The position numbers were made by a program, and so were the translations under genes. A stretch of 64,000 nucleotides of DNA from Sphaerodactylus townsendi (Eukaryota): assembly GCF_021028975.2 (NCBI RefSeq), contig NC_059432.1, positions 63,116,001-63,180,000 of the forward strand, in the 5' to 3' direction. Positions 49,461-63,623 of this stretch are shown here, piece after piece. The notes beneath the pieces are model-generated. The model made no database searches. It was given only the letters and a program-made list of their open reading frames with translations, and was not told the DNA's origin. How positions within the stretch are numbered: position 1 is the stretch's first letter; every line of letters begins with the position of its first letter.

Positions 49461-51369
49461 TTCATAGGCTCAGTTTATTGACCAGGATAACAGAGCAAAA
49501 TGCATAATGTTGGACAAGTCATAGCAAGTCAGTACTAAACAGATAGGAAATGGGAAAACAATGGAACAGATCCAGCATTTACCAGCTATCGTGGATGCCA
49601 ACATTAAAGTTTCCCTCCTGGGCAGAAGCCTCCAAATGCTATAACCTGCCAGTTATTCAGATCATAAAGCTCATGTGGACAGGACTACAATCCAGCAAGA
49701 ACCTTAAAGGCTTTGCAATGGAATTAAAAGTGATTTCCGAGCTGCACAGAAGTGAATGCCTGGGCAAGCAGCACTTAGTACATTCCAAGGTATTAGTTAA
49801 CCAAACCAGCCCCACCCCCCAACTAATCTGTGTCTAGTTTCTGTTAGCACTGTATGCCCTGCTGCTTGTGAAGCTCATCCCAAACAAATTACAGATGTGT
49901 ACTTTATGTGGCAAGGATCGTAGGGAAGGGGTTAAGTTGTTTTCCTGTTAGCTGGATAGTAGGGTTCCTTAATGGGGTTTGAAGAAGGTGAACCGGATAA
50001 ACAAAGCAAAGAGGGAATTAAAGGGATAAGTACTTGCCCTGTTGTCTACAACTCCTAATCCCTCCTGGGTTGGCTGTGGGAGCTCAGGGTGGCAGTCTTA
50101 TCAACATTTAGAGAAGGAAAAGAAATCTGTGGAGCCTCGGGTCAAAGGATGGTGCAGTTCGCCACTAGCTCTGTGAGGTGTTCTGAAAAGTCATGCAGGA
50201 AAAATAGTAACAAAATGTTCATAAATGATTACAAGGGAGAATGCAGGTCAACAGCACTTTGCCAAATCATTGCAATGGACCATTGCCACATTGCAAAGGA
50301 TTACTGGAATAAATTTTGGAAAGGGAGCACCATTTCAGGATTTGTTGCATTCAAAACTTGTCCCCTAATGTCTGGAAGATGTCTGTTGGAAGATGATGGG
50401 GCAAAAAGAGGACTATACAAGAGGTTCCTAAGTGGATGTAATCTGTGGGTCTCACATGGAGGCTGGCAACCCTAAATATGAGACCTGGAGTATCGGTCCA
50501 AGGACAGGCAAGAGGTGACACAGGACAGAGGGGTCATTCACTTTACAGCCTTCTCTAGCTGACCACTTGCCTGCCCCCTGCTAGGTCTTCTTCTCAATTC
50601 CTTTGTACATTAGACATTGCCACATCCAACAACAAACACAAGGAGTAGATAAATCTCATATATCTAAAGAATTTCTTTCAGCACGAGCTCCAATCAGCTT
50701 TTTATAGTATGAGCGTCTATGGACTTCTATGTTCTCTAGTCACTGCTCTGAGGGCACATATAATGTGATGACCTCACAGATGATCTGACTTGTAATGAGG
50801 CTGGCCTCACCTAGCAGTAAGACCTTGATGACTACAGAACCATTTTAAATCTATAAATCTGCTCAACTTTTCTCACAAGAAGCTTACAAGATAAGTCCTT
50901 AAGGTCATGGCCTGCCTGAGATGCTCTCACCCTCTCTTCTTCTCACCCCCACCTTTTGCTTTTTAAATACCCAGCCAGATTAACAGTTATTGCGAGTCAG
51001 ATATCTTGTTGTATTTTGCAAATGCCAGCTCCCTTCGTTATGAAACATGCTGTTTGATTGCTTGTAGAGCACCATGTAGCAAATAAGAGATTTATAAAAG
51101 CTACCTCAAGAATGTTGGCATCCCTTGCTTAATAAGTAGAGTACTTCTTTGACCATTAGGTATCAGTGAAAATGTGTCCAGTGTCAGGTAGACAGGAAAG
51201 GGAAAGTTTTGGATAAAGTTTATTGCCCTTTGTTCTCTACTTACTTGTACCTCTGATCTTCTTCTGGCCTAATCACAATATTGCTATGATGCAGCTTAGC
51301 TATAAAGTCGTATTGTTATTTTCTATCAAAGTATTCCCTTCCTAACTTGTGTTATTTAGAGTGCAGTCC

Positions 51370-51373
<4 letters not shown>

Positions 51374-51419
<46 letters not shown>
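51374..51419 (+). repeat. (GT)n microsatellite
   Basis: Direct reading. Confidence 0.98.
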
Positions 51420-51420
<1 letters not shown>

Positions 51421-51979
51421 TTGGTGTAAGCTGTCACCTTCAATGGGGTTTTCCAAAAGCCAATAGGTTTTCTCTTTCTTTTCCTGGTAGCTGTGCTGCC
51501 GAAATCTCTTTGGAGGAGGCACAGCAGTGTCGGGCCCAGAAGCCATGGATCTATCCCTCCCCTTTGGGCTGCCTGTAAAGCTGTTTTTATGTAAAACTAA
51601 CTCAACAGCATGTCAGTTCTGTTCATTGCATTCTTTACTCAGTTGAATATTGTTATGATTATTAATATTTAATAACGTTTAGTAAGTATTATTCCCACGG
51701 TGCAGATGGGACTCTGAGGAAGAGTGAAATGTGCAAAGCATGTGCTGTACTATTGAGCCATGGGCCCTTTTCTGTCGATTCATGACTGAGCTGTGTTATG
51801 AAACAAGAATTCATAGCCTGTGTTTTAAATCGCTATAGCACATCAACTCCAAATTAATTCCTTCCTGGAAGGAACCCTTTCCCAGGAACAAGCTCCATCT
51901 AATGAACCTGAGTAGGTTTTTCAGTAGATATGTTTAGGATTACTCACTTGATAGAATATAATGTAACTCTATACATTAG

Positions 51980-52195
51980 TGCCTTGATCTGGATAGCCCA
52001 GGTTAGCCTGATCTCATCAGATCTCTGAAGTTATGCAGAGTTGACCCTAGCAAGTATTTGAATGGGAGATCTCCAAGGAATTCTAGGGTCATGACAAGGA
52101 GGCAGGCAATGGCAAACCACCTCTGAACATCTCTTGCCTTGAAAGCCCAACCACGGGTCACTATAATGTGTGACTTGAAGGCAAAAACAACAACA
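51980..52195 (+). mobile_element. 5S rRNA-derived SINE (5S-Sauria-like)
   Basis: GCCTGATCTCATCAGATCTCTGAAGTTATGCAGAGT..AGTATTTGAATGGGAGA aligns with 5S rRNA (GCCCGATCTCGTCTGATCTCGGAAGCTAAGCAGGGT..AGTACTTGGATGGGAGA), followed by a non-5S tail. Confidence 0.8.
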
Positions 52196-52889
52196 AAAAT
52201 TAGCATTCTTCTTGAGCAATGAATTTCAAATGCCATGCCATGGTACTTCTATATGTCCATTTTTTTGCAGTTGGACTATTTTACATCTATATCTGTACAT
52301 GCAGTTTTCCATTCCAGTCTTCTACGTTCCTAGAGCATTTTTAGTGGTTCAGTGCAGGCACTTGGGTTCTCTAGCCGTGGATCCTGACAGACAGTTAAAG
52401 TGTTTGTTGACTTATCTGTCTGTGAAGGATAGATCATGGTGAGTTGATTTACTTAACTAAACTATCAAAACAACATGTGGGAGAGACGAAAAGACTGAGG
52501 AAGTTATTCCTGAGACATATTATGACAGCAAGGCTGTGTCTGAAGTATTGCTCTTGGTCATAGACTTCAACATCGCAAACCAAGCATTAACTTAAGCTAC
52601 ATTAGGTTTGTTCAGACTCTATTACTTACCAATGTTTTCTCTGCCTTATGAGTTTCCTTTCATGATTTTATGGAAGAAAAAAACAAAATTGCCATTTTTC
52701 TTATTCAGCTTTTGACAATCATACCAAGCTGGAGTGATTTTTCATCCTGAATGCTTAGTATTATTTTTAAACAAAGATTCTTGTTCATTGCTTTTAGTTT
52801 TCCTTTGCTGTAACTATATCAACAAAAAATTAAATCAACAATAAGAACATAGTAAGACAATGTGATCCATAAACAGCAAAATAAAAGAG

Positions 52890-52963
52890 AAAATAAATAG
52901 CACCTTTAAGATGAACAATGTTTATTCAGTCATAAGATTTTATGAGTCATTTCTTCAGATGCA
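52890..52963 (-). mobile_element. Degenerate Penelope-like terminal fragment (second family)
   Basis: Minus strand GCATCTGAAGAA..ACTCATAAAATC..AATAAAACATTGTTCATCTTAAAGGTGCTA. Confidence 0.45.
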
Positions 52964-53502
52964 TAATCTAAAATGGAAACATGGAACAAACATTTACAAC
53001 CAGAATCACAGGAAGAAAAAAGGTAGGGAAGGAGTCAGCATAGCTTATACCCTTGGGAGACTGAGAAAGTCATTCCACAGTTGAAAGACAATCACAGTAA
53101 AAGCCTGGACATTTTGTGCACTGACAGCAGTGAGAGCAAGGCCTGGCTGTTGAATGTAGCATCATACAGGAAATTCTAAGATATGCAAACATCAGACAGT
53201 GAAAGCCTTTAAAGATAAGCAGGACTAGCACCCTGGCCTAGCCTTGTTATGTGTGTGTGTATGTGTGTGTGTGTGTGAACTGGCAACTTGCTCAGTTGCC
53301 ACATAATTGGTTGACTATATCCTGATATACCAAGATTTCAGCAGAAGGCAGACAGCAATAATTCATCAGATTTTCAGCAGGTGAATACTAATACCTAATA
53401 CTTAATTGAGGTAAATATCACCGAAAGATCCCAAAAACTTAGATTACTTTTTATTGTGCACAAGAATCCTGAAGACCATGAAAAGTTCTTCACATATTAG
53501 AG

Positions 53503-53615
53503 GATCATAGAATCATTGAGTTGGATGGGGTCCTACAGGCCATCTAGTCCAACCGCCTGCTCAATGCAGTATCAGTCTACAGTATCCCAGACAAGTGTTT
53601 GTCCAGTTGCTGGTA
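53503..53615 (-). mobile_element. CR1 LINE 3' end
   Basis: ATCATAGAATCA tail (reverse complement of ATTCTATG) followed by GGCCATCTAGTCCAACC. Confidence 0.8.
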
Positions 53616-55382
53616 AAAGTACACAGGAACACAGGTCAGGTAAAGGATAGAGACAGAGATAGTCTCCTAACTACATAACTAGATCATACACACACACACA
53701 CACACACACAGAGAGAGCAGTTAGGGGGGCACAAAGGGCGGGCGCCCCGGTGGTCCTGACCTTTCTGTCTTCCCCAATAGGGATTGGGGTTGGTCCCGGG
53801 GTCAGCCAGGGGCGCTGACTGGCTGGTGAATGGATGTGCTCCTCTTACGCTCCCAGCTTCCACTTTAATGATGTAAATAATAATAAAAGGGCTGCGGCCC
53901 AATTTATTCCAAGAACGTGTCCTGTGGTTATTCACCAGAAAGCATCTGCACATCTGGGTGCAATCACAGTTTGGATATCAATGTTTTATTGGGCCTGCTA
54001 TTTTCACACTGAATGATATTGCACCATTTCTATGTTATGTAGAAAAGATTAACAATTTAAAGATTTTAACATACATTATTTTCCTCATGCAAACCTTGCC
54101 CAATTGGACTTTTTATTTTTTTGAAAATTTGGCAGATCTGCCATGATCTTAAATTCTCCTTGTCTATGGTCCTATTCAGTGCTGATTTCAAGAAACTGTC
54201 CTTGTTCCTCATCTTGGCATTCTCTCATGCAACTCAGTGGGAGATTGATCAGATAATTAAGATAGAGTCACTGGGGATATTTTGTGTAATTACAATCCCA
54301 GACTGTTTTATTTACTATTAACCTTAATGGAACTTGCTCATGGTGAGTACATGGTATTCAACTCAAGTCGGGAGTGACAAATCATACGTAGTCTAGTTAT
54401 TGCATTTAGCAACAGTTAACATGAACAAAGAGGTAATTCTGAAAAATATGACAGGCTCTGAACATTAATAGTAAGTAAAATCCTTGGCTCTTTATTTAAT
54501 AGGAATGTAATGATGATTTTCAGTCCAGTGAAAGATTGAAAAAGTTTTTTACAGACATTCTCAAGATATGCAACTTAACCTGGAAAAAAAAAGATAACCC
54601 ACTTAGGACCTTTTTTGCTCTCTATAGCCCAGACTGATAAAGTACTTGTGTTTTAGAGTGTGTGTGTGTGTGTGGGGGGGGGGGTGGTGGTGTTTGTGTT
54701 GGAATAATCACCTGGTAATGGGGATTATTCCTGTTCACATTGAGCAGAGTGCACGGGTGGCTGAGAGCACAACAGAAGCCTTCCCTCATGTGATTATGGA
54801 TTAAGGGGCAAGAATTCCAAACTAGAAGGGAAAATTTCCCACACAGAATCAAGTCCCAATAATTCTTTTAAACAGAAACATGCACTAGAAGTAAAGTGGA
54901 TTCCACCAGCCTCCTCTGCCCATGCAAGGATGGAGGACAATTGCTAAAAGTTCCTGGCTAATGTATGTTGGATGTAGCAATGACTAATGTGCAAAGGAAC
55001 TGAGATGAAGATCCAGCAGGCGGTGGGCAAGTGGTCAGCTTGAGAGGGCTGTAATGTTAGTGACCCCTCTGTCCTTTTGTGTCACCTCTTGTCTGTCCTT
55101 AGACTGATATTCTCAGATTTAATATCCTCATCCTTCTCGGAAATTAGTTGCAGAGACTCTTCCTAGCTAGCAAGATAGCAGCATACTATCTCCCCCTCTT
55201 TCCTAGCCTAAATGCACTTCCTAATAAACATTTTTCTTTTTCCCTTTTAATCAGTGTGTTAGCCACTTCTCTGTGCGGTAAACTCCAACAGTGTGACACC
55301 TGTCTCCCAGGAGCAACATTTTTGGCTGCAGCATGAGGGGAAGTAAGAGGTCATGGTCTACTGGAAATCCTTCCATCAGCTC

Positions 55383-55741
55383 CAGGGCTGGATTAAGCTA
55401 GTTCAGAGCATGTAGCAGAAAGGGCTCTAAATTTAAAACAATGTACATAAATATTAAAACATAAATTATTTACTTGCATAGTAAAGTAATTCATTTTTTC
55501 CATTTGCTGTACACCCAGAGAATCCAACTTATGTCTTGACACTTCAGCAACACAACTACTTACATGTAGGTATCAGTTTCAAATTAGCTCCCCTGACATG
55601 TAAACAGCATTGCCAGATAGTCAGAATACTGTGAGATGCTGAGTTCACTAGACAGCTTACAAACATTTGGTGTGGTGCCTGCTGCAAAAATACGGGGTCT
55701 GTAGCATATGCTATTTTTGCTGTTAGGTTAATCTAGCACTG
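55383..55741. mobile_element. Non-autonomous hAT element (359 bp)
   Basis: TIRs CAGGGCTGGATTAA / TTAATCTAGCACTG. Perfect TSD ATCAGCTC at 55375-55382 and 55742-55749. Confidence 0.85.
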
Positions 55742-58700
55742 ATCAGCTCAGATTTTCAGTGGGATCCACATGATAGTATTCACTGGAAAGACTATCAAGT
55801 AGCAAATAGCAATGTTCCTGTAGTGTTCAAGAGCCAATATGGTGCAGTGGCTAGGGAGAGTGCTGAACTAAGATAGGTTATGTGCACTCTGCCTAGATTT
55901 TTTTAAAATTTTGATTACCCTGAACTCCTGGGAGAAAAAAGTAGCATACAAACAGGTCAAATAGATAGGTATGGTTTTAATTTAAAACATTTCATGGGAC
56001 TATTGTGAAAAATAATAATATCATCAGGTGCTAAAAGAGAAAGCTGTGATGCATGCTTGTGTGCATATTTCAAGGTACAGTCTTTAACTGCTAAAAGTTT
56101 ATGACTTAGAGTGCTGGTTTTATTTTCACTTTAAATTTTATGAAGCTCATATGAGAACAAATGTTAGCATATATATATGTATACGTATGTTTGTATATGT
56201 ATGTATATATCCCATCCAAAAATAACCACTCTCCAAAGAATGTAACATAATAAAACTAAAATTAATACCAGTTGCTGCTGATCCAAGTAAGTTTCTCAAA
56301 ACAGGGGGACATTTATCAAGGGAATATTTATAAAATACCATACATTTGTATTTGCAAAGTGGAAGCGGTCTATTCGTTTTTGGTCCTATTGTGATTTTCT
56401 TTTTTAAATGGTCTAAAAGTGATTATTGGAGTGGATGAGAGAGACTTTGAACTTCAACTGCTATCCTAACAAGAGGAGTCACAACATGGCACAGCTGCTT
56501 CCAGGGTACATGACTTGGGGAATAAGAAGAGTTCAGTGGCCCTTCCTAGCCTAGGAAACCGTGGCTTTCTGTGGGTCTCTGAATGGAGATTGATTTCCAT
56601 TTGTTGCTTCCCTTTGAATATAGAGATGGAGTCAATCAGGCACTTTGTTGACACTGGGGTCCCTCTCTGGAACGGAGAGAGCTTGGGATAAAACTTGGTT
56701 CCACTTGGTATATATGACTGTCTCTCTCCCACTCACACAGAGCCATTTTCCAAGATGAATAATGTCTTGGCACTTAATTTCTTTCATACTGTGTCATTCA
56801 AATATGCTCTTTTACTCAGAGTTAGCCAGATGTTCTGTGCTTTCCAAGTTATTTTGGCATCACGTCTCCTCACGTCCTTAGTCCAGTGAAGAACTTCCCT
56901 ATCTGAATCAAATACTGTTTTTTTCCTATGGGATCTAAGTGACAACCCAAAACTCAATTTTCCTTCAACAATCAGGTAGGCCTGTGCCAAATGTTCAAGG
57001 ACTGCTGGCAGACATTTGAAGAAATCATATTGAACAAACATTTTTAATATGCAACAATACTAGGAAATAAATCATTCTTAATTTGAATGGGAACTGTGAC
57101 AGACAGTGACTTCTTCTAAGCTTCCTACCAGTAAACCCCTGGTTGAACTTTGGAGGTAAACCAAAATCTCCAGTACTTAAGCTCCCCCTCCCCGCTGATG
57201 TTTTATTAAACATGTTAATTTAAACAGATGTAACAGAAATCCCAAACCAGTCTCTCTCCTCTCTCCCCATGCTCCTTTCTTTGACAACCCCTTCTTCCAA
57301 ATAAAAGAGGAAGGAGTAAAACAGACAAACCAAAACACAGGGAGGAGAGAAAAAAGCCACCACAGATTCAATGTCCCAGGTAACAGCCCAAGAAAAAACC
57401 CAGTGTAGTGGAGTTGACAGAGCATGAGAATGAAGTGATCTAACTTCAGACCACTGTCTCAAATGCAATGCTCTAGATGGCTTACATAAGTTAAAAACAA
57501 TAGAAATATCACCAATAAAATATATCAATTAAAACTACAATAAAATAGCTTTAAAAAACTGCACTCCAAACTACCATGACTAGCAGCTGAAGAGGGGGAT
57601 TTCCAGAGAGTCTAATGAAATGCCTGGGCTAAGAGGAGGGTCTTCATCAATGGTAAAGGGTAGGCACATGATGAATCTCTGAGGGAAGACTATTCCAGAG
57701 CCGGGGGGCAATCATGGAAAGAACAAGAGCTGTTCACACACACTCCATTCCTGCCCTTGATGTATGTACATGCACACAGAGATTAAAGTGCAAAGTTTTA
57801 TGCATTCAGCAATTACATTTATAGGCTTGATTATAAAAAACTAGAGTGAACTAGATTTTCTTCAGCAAATCACAAGCATATATGTATTTCATTTTTCAAA
57901 AGTATCTTCATTTCACCTCTCCCTTAAATTGTTGGTCCTATCAGTGTCTTGCTTCACTGAGGAGGGTGAGAAATCCATGGTTCACCTGGAAGCTGTTAAT
58001 GTGATGACAGAAAGTTCCTCCTGATCTGTCTCCCAGTCTTTAGCTTCTCTGCCTGATATCTATCAAGACTTGTAACTGTATAGCTGGTTTTCTGTGCAGT
58101 GAGAGCACAGCGGCATTCATCAGCAGCAACCTGGTGTAGAGGGGGCAATAGATCTTCTTTGCTTGTAAAATAAGGCATGTTAATCATAGCCTTTGTTTTA
58201 TTGTCTCCTTTGTCTTGTACATAAATAATTCATGGCATTGGGGGGGACTAAGTATGAGTCGAGTGACGTTCCATCATGACTATGGTATTTTGCTCTGTTT
58301 GCACATTTAGGCTTTGCTCTGCTTTAGTCCTCTGTAGCAGTAAGAAGAAGCACTTGAAGCTGGGTCAGAGGAAAAGAAGGGTGTTGTTTTTCTAGGAGTC
58401 AAGAAGAGTTACATCTGTGCCAGCACATCTTTGTTACAACCCTTAAGGTTTTGTTTCTTTCTTGAATGTTCTTGGTGTTTCAATGTCAGCATGTTTTGTG
58501 AGGCTTCTTCCTAGTGTTTGTCCACTTAATTCCAATTGTGCATTTTTTTAAAAAAAGTATATTTTTCATTGTCAACATTTCCATCCATTTTCATTTCACT
58601 TCATTCATTTTCATGTAGCATAGTTTCAAACAGACTGGGACTTCTGCAACTTTCAGAACAATATTTGGAGGATTTATGCCTGTCACTCAGGGAATCCTTT

Positions 58701-59244
58701 CTGCCAGACTTTGAGTAGATGATAAAAATCTTAGTTTTATATGAAAATTTTTGCAATATGTATGAACTTTTGTTCTTTATCCAATGTGGATGAAGTTCTT
58801 TGGGAATGTAACCCTTAACCAACTTTAGACAGAAAGACAGATGCCTACTCTTCTGTATCAAACTGTCATTTGATAGGCAGTTCAAATCATTGCTCGCTTA
58901 ACAGGAAGAGGTGGACATTTGGCATTCTCAGTGCTCAGAAAGTACTACATAAGCATCTGACACCTCAAAGAAGTAGGTAAATTTACACAGCATGTACTCA
59001 TGCTTGCCCCAGCAATTCCAAGAAAGACAAAAAAAGGGGGGCAAAGAAGAAATTTGGCACACCAAAGAAGGAAGGCAGCATAGCAGAGCTTGCACATAAA
59101 CTCGTTGCTTTGATAACCCAGGGAGGCGGGGGCATGATTCTCTTGGGACTTCAAGATACTCCATTTTTTCTTATCAAAATGACCACCTGTCTCTGACAGC
59201 ACAAATAATAAAAAAGAATACTATGCTAAGTAGCCTTTTATGGC

Positions 59245-59435
59245 ACAGACTAGCCTGATTTCATTAGCTCTCAAACGTTTAGTGGGTTCAGCCCTTCTTA
59301 GTACTTGGAGACCACCAAGGAACTCTAGATTTGCAATGCCAATGTAAGCAATGGCAGACTATCTTGGTTTTGTCTCTTGACTTGAATACCCTGTGGGGTC
59401 ACCATAAACTGGCTGCAAAATGCACTTTCCACCAC
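59245..59435 (+). mobile_element. Older 5S-derived SINE
   Basis: Similar to the copy at 51980 (TAGCCTGAT..TTAGTACTTGGAGACCACCAAGGAA..CAATGGCA). Confidence 0.7.
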
Positions 59436-62400
59436 AGTTGTACATTAGGCCCAAGAAGGTCCAGTGGACAAGGAGGCAGGCTTACTGGCTCATAACCACA
59501 GCAGCAATACGTTCACCTCCTAGGCTACTGCCATGACTCCCCCACTTCAAAATATCAGTTTGAACTCTCCCAGTGGTTTCAAGTAAATGTTTAAAATCCT
59601 GGGAGTTGGAATAAATCCCTTCCAATCCACTTTATTTCCTGGTGAAGTTCAGTGTCAGAGTAACTAAAGCAGTTGATCCCAAACCCTAGTTGAGAGTCAG
59701 ATTGAGATGGGCCCCATGTAATTTATATCATCCAGAAGTGTCCAGGGCAGCTCAGCCACAGCCTACTCAATCGCCTTAGCCAAAATTGAAGATCAGAAGC
59801 TGATCTGTAGTCCCATAATTCACAGACAACAGAGAGGGGTTTTAAAAACAGCAGCAACAGCAATATTATTCATGCCACTTCCCTTTTTCAGACTACTCTT
59901 TTGACATCCTGTTTCAGAGGATAGCAGGATGCTGTTATCTCCTCAAAGAGCACTGCTGGGTACCTCAGGCATGCCAGACCTTCCGGTTTCTTCATGATTA
60001 GCCATGGTGCACATGGCTTGGGTTGGCCAGTTGTAGAATGAACAGAACCAAATAGCCTGTCCATTTACCGGTACTCAGGTTTAACTGAAAGGATATCATA
60101 TTGAATGAAGTCTCAATATTTCTATGAATCGCTCCCAGCTATTGGCTGTCTAACAGAAATGGAAAAATGGTGGTCAATATTTCAGACCTAGCTGTATATA
60201 AATAAAAAATATAAATAAATAAATGTGCATTGTTGTATTTCAATAGAATGTTGCAGAATACAGCGTGATTCCCCCAGCTTCATTTCTGTTGACCTAATGA
60301 GTCACAGCAGAATGATGCCATTCATAAATACCATGTTTGAGCTGAGATGATGTGATATTTTATCTGGGATGATTCATTCACATGTACAAGCCAACACTTG
60401 ACACTGCAGTCCCTGACTGATGGGTGTACATGTGAGGCTTGTCCTCTGGTTGGGAGAGACAAAGGCAGGGAAGGGATTACCATTGCAAGATATGTCACTT
60501 TCTCAAAAGAAGCCAGTTGCTAGATGCCTCTTATTTTAGGCAGTTGCTCTTGAACAGCACAGCCTCACAGAACTGGGGGATGGCACTTGTTTTGTATCAG
60601 TAAGCTCATTTTTCCCTTTTCATATTCTCTTCTTTTATCACTTTCATGTTCAGTCCATGGTGACTGAACATGTGCAGATTGCATTGCTCCCTTGTCAGGT
60701 GGAAGACCAGAAATTTTTGAGACCATCCAAATAGGTGGATTTTCGAGCTCTGGGTCCAAAAATCCCTATGTCTCTATGACCTACCTGTCCATTTTGGCTT
60801 TGCCGCTGTACATCTCTGGACAGACTCTGTCTGCTTGCTGCCTTCAGGGATGCATCTATCATTGCTTTGCCTCCTCAGGTTGTTTCCCTTTGAATCCCAA
60901 TTAGGCTGAGAATGACACCAAAACAAACATGTTCCAGACCTTTGAGGGGTATGTCAGGCTCAGACTGCCTGGTGCCATGGCCAGCCAGGCCTCAGGGGGT
61001 GATAAAAGAACTGAAGGAGCTCCTGACAAAGGAAGTGAAGGGATGCAAGCATGTCACAAAGTTTCTCTTGGCAATTAACCACAGGGGAACAAGCAACATC
61101 AAATCACTGAGAGAGATGGAACTTTTGTAAAAAGCACCTCATGCATTGTGTCATTAAGACACAGCTTATACATTGGTTAAACAATGTTTTATTTTACAAT
61201 TAAATGGTTGATCGGCACCATCAAAATATACCTTAAACTTTTAAGAGTGGGTTGCAGCCAGATAGACAGCGGTTACTATTATCTGGTCATCTCCACCCTG
61301 GCTCCAAACTTGGGCAGCACTGCCACCGGCTTGGCTTATCCAAGCCTTTCTCTCAGCATGCCCCTCAAGCAACGGCAGATTTGGTTGATGCTGCTCACAA
61401 CTTATTGTGCAAATGGAGGATAATGCCAGGGCTGAATATCTGAGGATCCTCAGTGGACTGCATGCCTACTCTTCTGTATCAAAAGTTGACTGTCAGCAAC
61501 AATTAGTCAGTCAGAATGTTTCAGGTAAACAACCAGTCTGAAGACCGTTTCTTGCTGTTCAGAAATAGAGGGAAGTTTGAAGCATTTTCCAAATAGCTGC
61601 CAGTGATTGATTTTTTATATGTGGTTATAATCATCTTAGGGTACTTTTGCTACCTGGCACTGGCCCTGATCCATGCCCACAGCTGGCAAAGACCAATAAG
61701 GAGCCAGTGCAGACTTTGTGGCCTGTGTGGTAGGCATCCTGCAGCAAATACGGAGCTCCCCCAGAGTAAAAGTCGCTCTTTCAAACATGCTTGGCCTTTA
61801 GTCACTCTGCCCCACTGCCATCTGGGAGTATGCTGGGATTAGCAAAATATCAAATGGATGAGCCCTCTGGGGGAGGATGGTATACAAATTGAATAATACA
61901 ATACAATACGAGGAGAAAGTGAAGAAAATGTGAAGATTGGAATCGTTTTGGCCAACAAAACACACCAGTCATCTTATTTGGCTTGAAATTTCCCCCCAGT
62001 TTTAACAATAACTGATGGAAAGACAGAGTGGGAGAAAACAATACTGGAAAATGTTACTATGCCTAAAACATTCTTGGTATGATTACCCTATAATCTTACT
62101 CCCTTTACTGGAGTTTTGAATAATGTAATCCGCACAGGGTAACTCCCAGAGCTAGATGACATGTCATTTGCTGTGGATTTTGAATGCATTTTTGATATTC
62201 TATTGGAACTGGAGGTTCCAACTGGAGCCGACCCAGCATTAATCAATTATGGTGTAGAACAATCCTGCTTTTAGTATCTATAATTAGATGCCTAGCAAGA
62301 TGCTCAGTAAAATATTTAAAACACACATGAAGCAAAAAAAAAATAATCTGAAATCTATAATTATAAAGTAAACAGAGAATGGTTTGTTATCTTCATTAAT

Positions 62401-63623
62401 GAAAACCTGGCTACAGTGTAATTAGACTTCACAGATGAACACGCCAGCTGATTTTGTATTCCACATGATCCATAATGCAAGGAATTTATTAGCAGAGAGA
62501 GAGAGAGATTGTAAATAGACAGGGATTTTTCAGCTTTGGTAACAGAGAGAAAACACTGAGAAGAAAAAAGTAGCATCAGCCCAAGTAAATGATCTTTTTT
62601 TAAAAAAAAGCACACACAACTGTTTTAAAACGTGGCAGATGTGGAATTTTTGCAACATTTTGTTTTAATCTCTTTAATTTGAATTGCACATACATTCTCT
62701 TTAGGGGGAAAACATTATTTTACTTCACTGACAGGGCTGTTTGAGCTCTGTCCTGCACATGAGCGCAGTGTTTGCGTGCTTCCTGAGTCTGACCCTGACA
62801 GCATTGCTGGAGGAGATGTCAGCTTGATGACACTTCCTTGACTCCCCTTAGCCCCTTCCCCCTACTGTTCCTCAGAGGTCAATGCCTGCAAACCAACTCC
62901 CTCCAGTGCTGTCATACATGGAGTTACAGTCACTCATCTTGGTCTAGCATCTGCCTACTCTGAAGTATTCCTGGGCCTGTTCAAGTATCTTCTGCCACTT
63001 AATATTTCTCTTGGGTCAAAACTACAACCAAGATTTTTATGATGCACTTAAAAATGCTGAGGACGTGAAGGAATCACCTGATGCATCAGTGTCCCACCTG
63101 GGGGAGAAGGGTCAACTGACACCTACCTTTGCCATGACTCTTCTCTGTGCATGGATTAGAGATATTTTGACTATCTGGAAAGGTAAGCCATACCTGTCAG
63201 GAAAGCTAAGTCTGCTCCTGGTGTGCACACATTTTGAAGGCATTGTATCATAACTTATCACATAACATTTTAGCCACATTTATTCAACACAAGATATAAA
63301 CTTGTTACAGTTACCATTTCCTACAATTTATGACTTGACAGGAGATGTGAAGGACACAATTGACACTACTTTTCCACCTCTGCATTCATCTGCTTATGGA
63401 TTAATTCTATTGAATTATGTTCTACACTGTTTAGAGCAGGCATAGAAAGGATGTAAATCTGGCCAGCTGGAACCCAAGCTGCTGTGTCCAGAAAGCAGGC
63501 AGAGCCGTTGGTACACAGAATCAGAGTGGATACACAGGTCTGATACACAGGTCTGATACAGAGTGAACACACAGGCTCTAGTTGTCCTTCCCTGGCCTCA
63601 TCCTTTCCTACTACATTGCCTAG

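Noticed and set aside
51980-52090. 5S rRNA gene
   Set aside because: Diverged, lacks the 5S ends and is fused to a SINE tail shared with other copies.
63011-63253. Coding exon ending at AAG|GTAAGC, or a box C/D snoRNA at ~63039-63081
   Set aside because: No good acceptor or recognisable protein; the C/D-like boxes are imperfect and span only ~40 nt.
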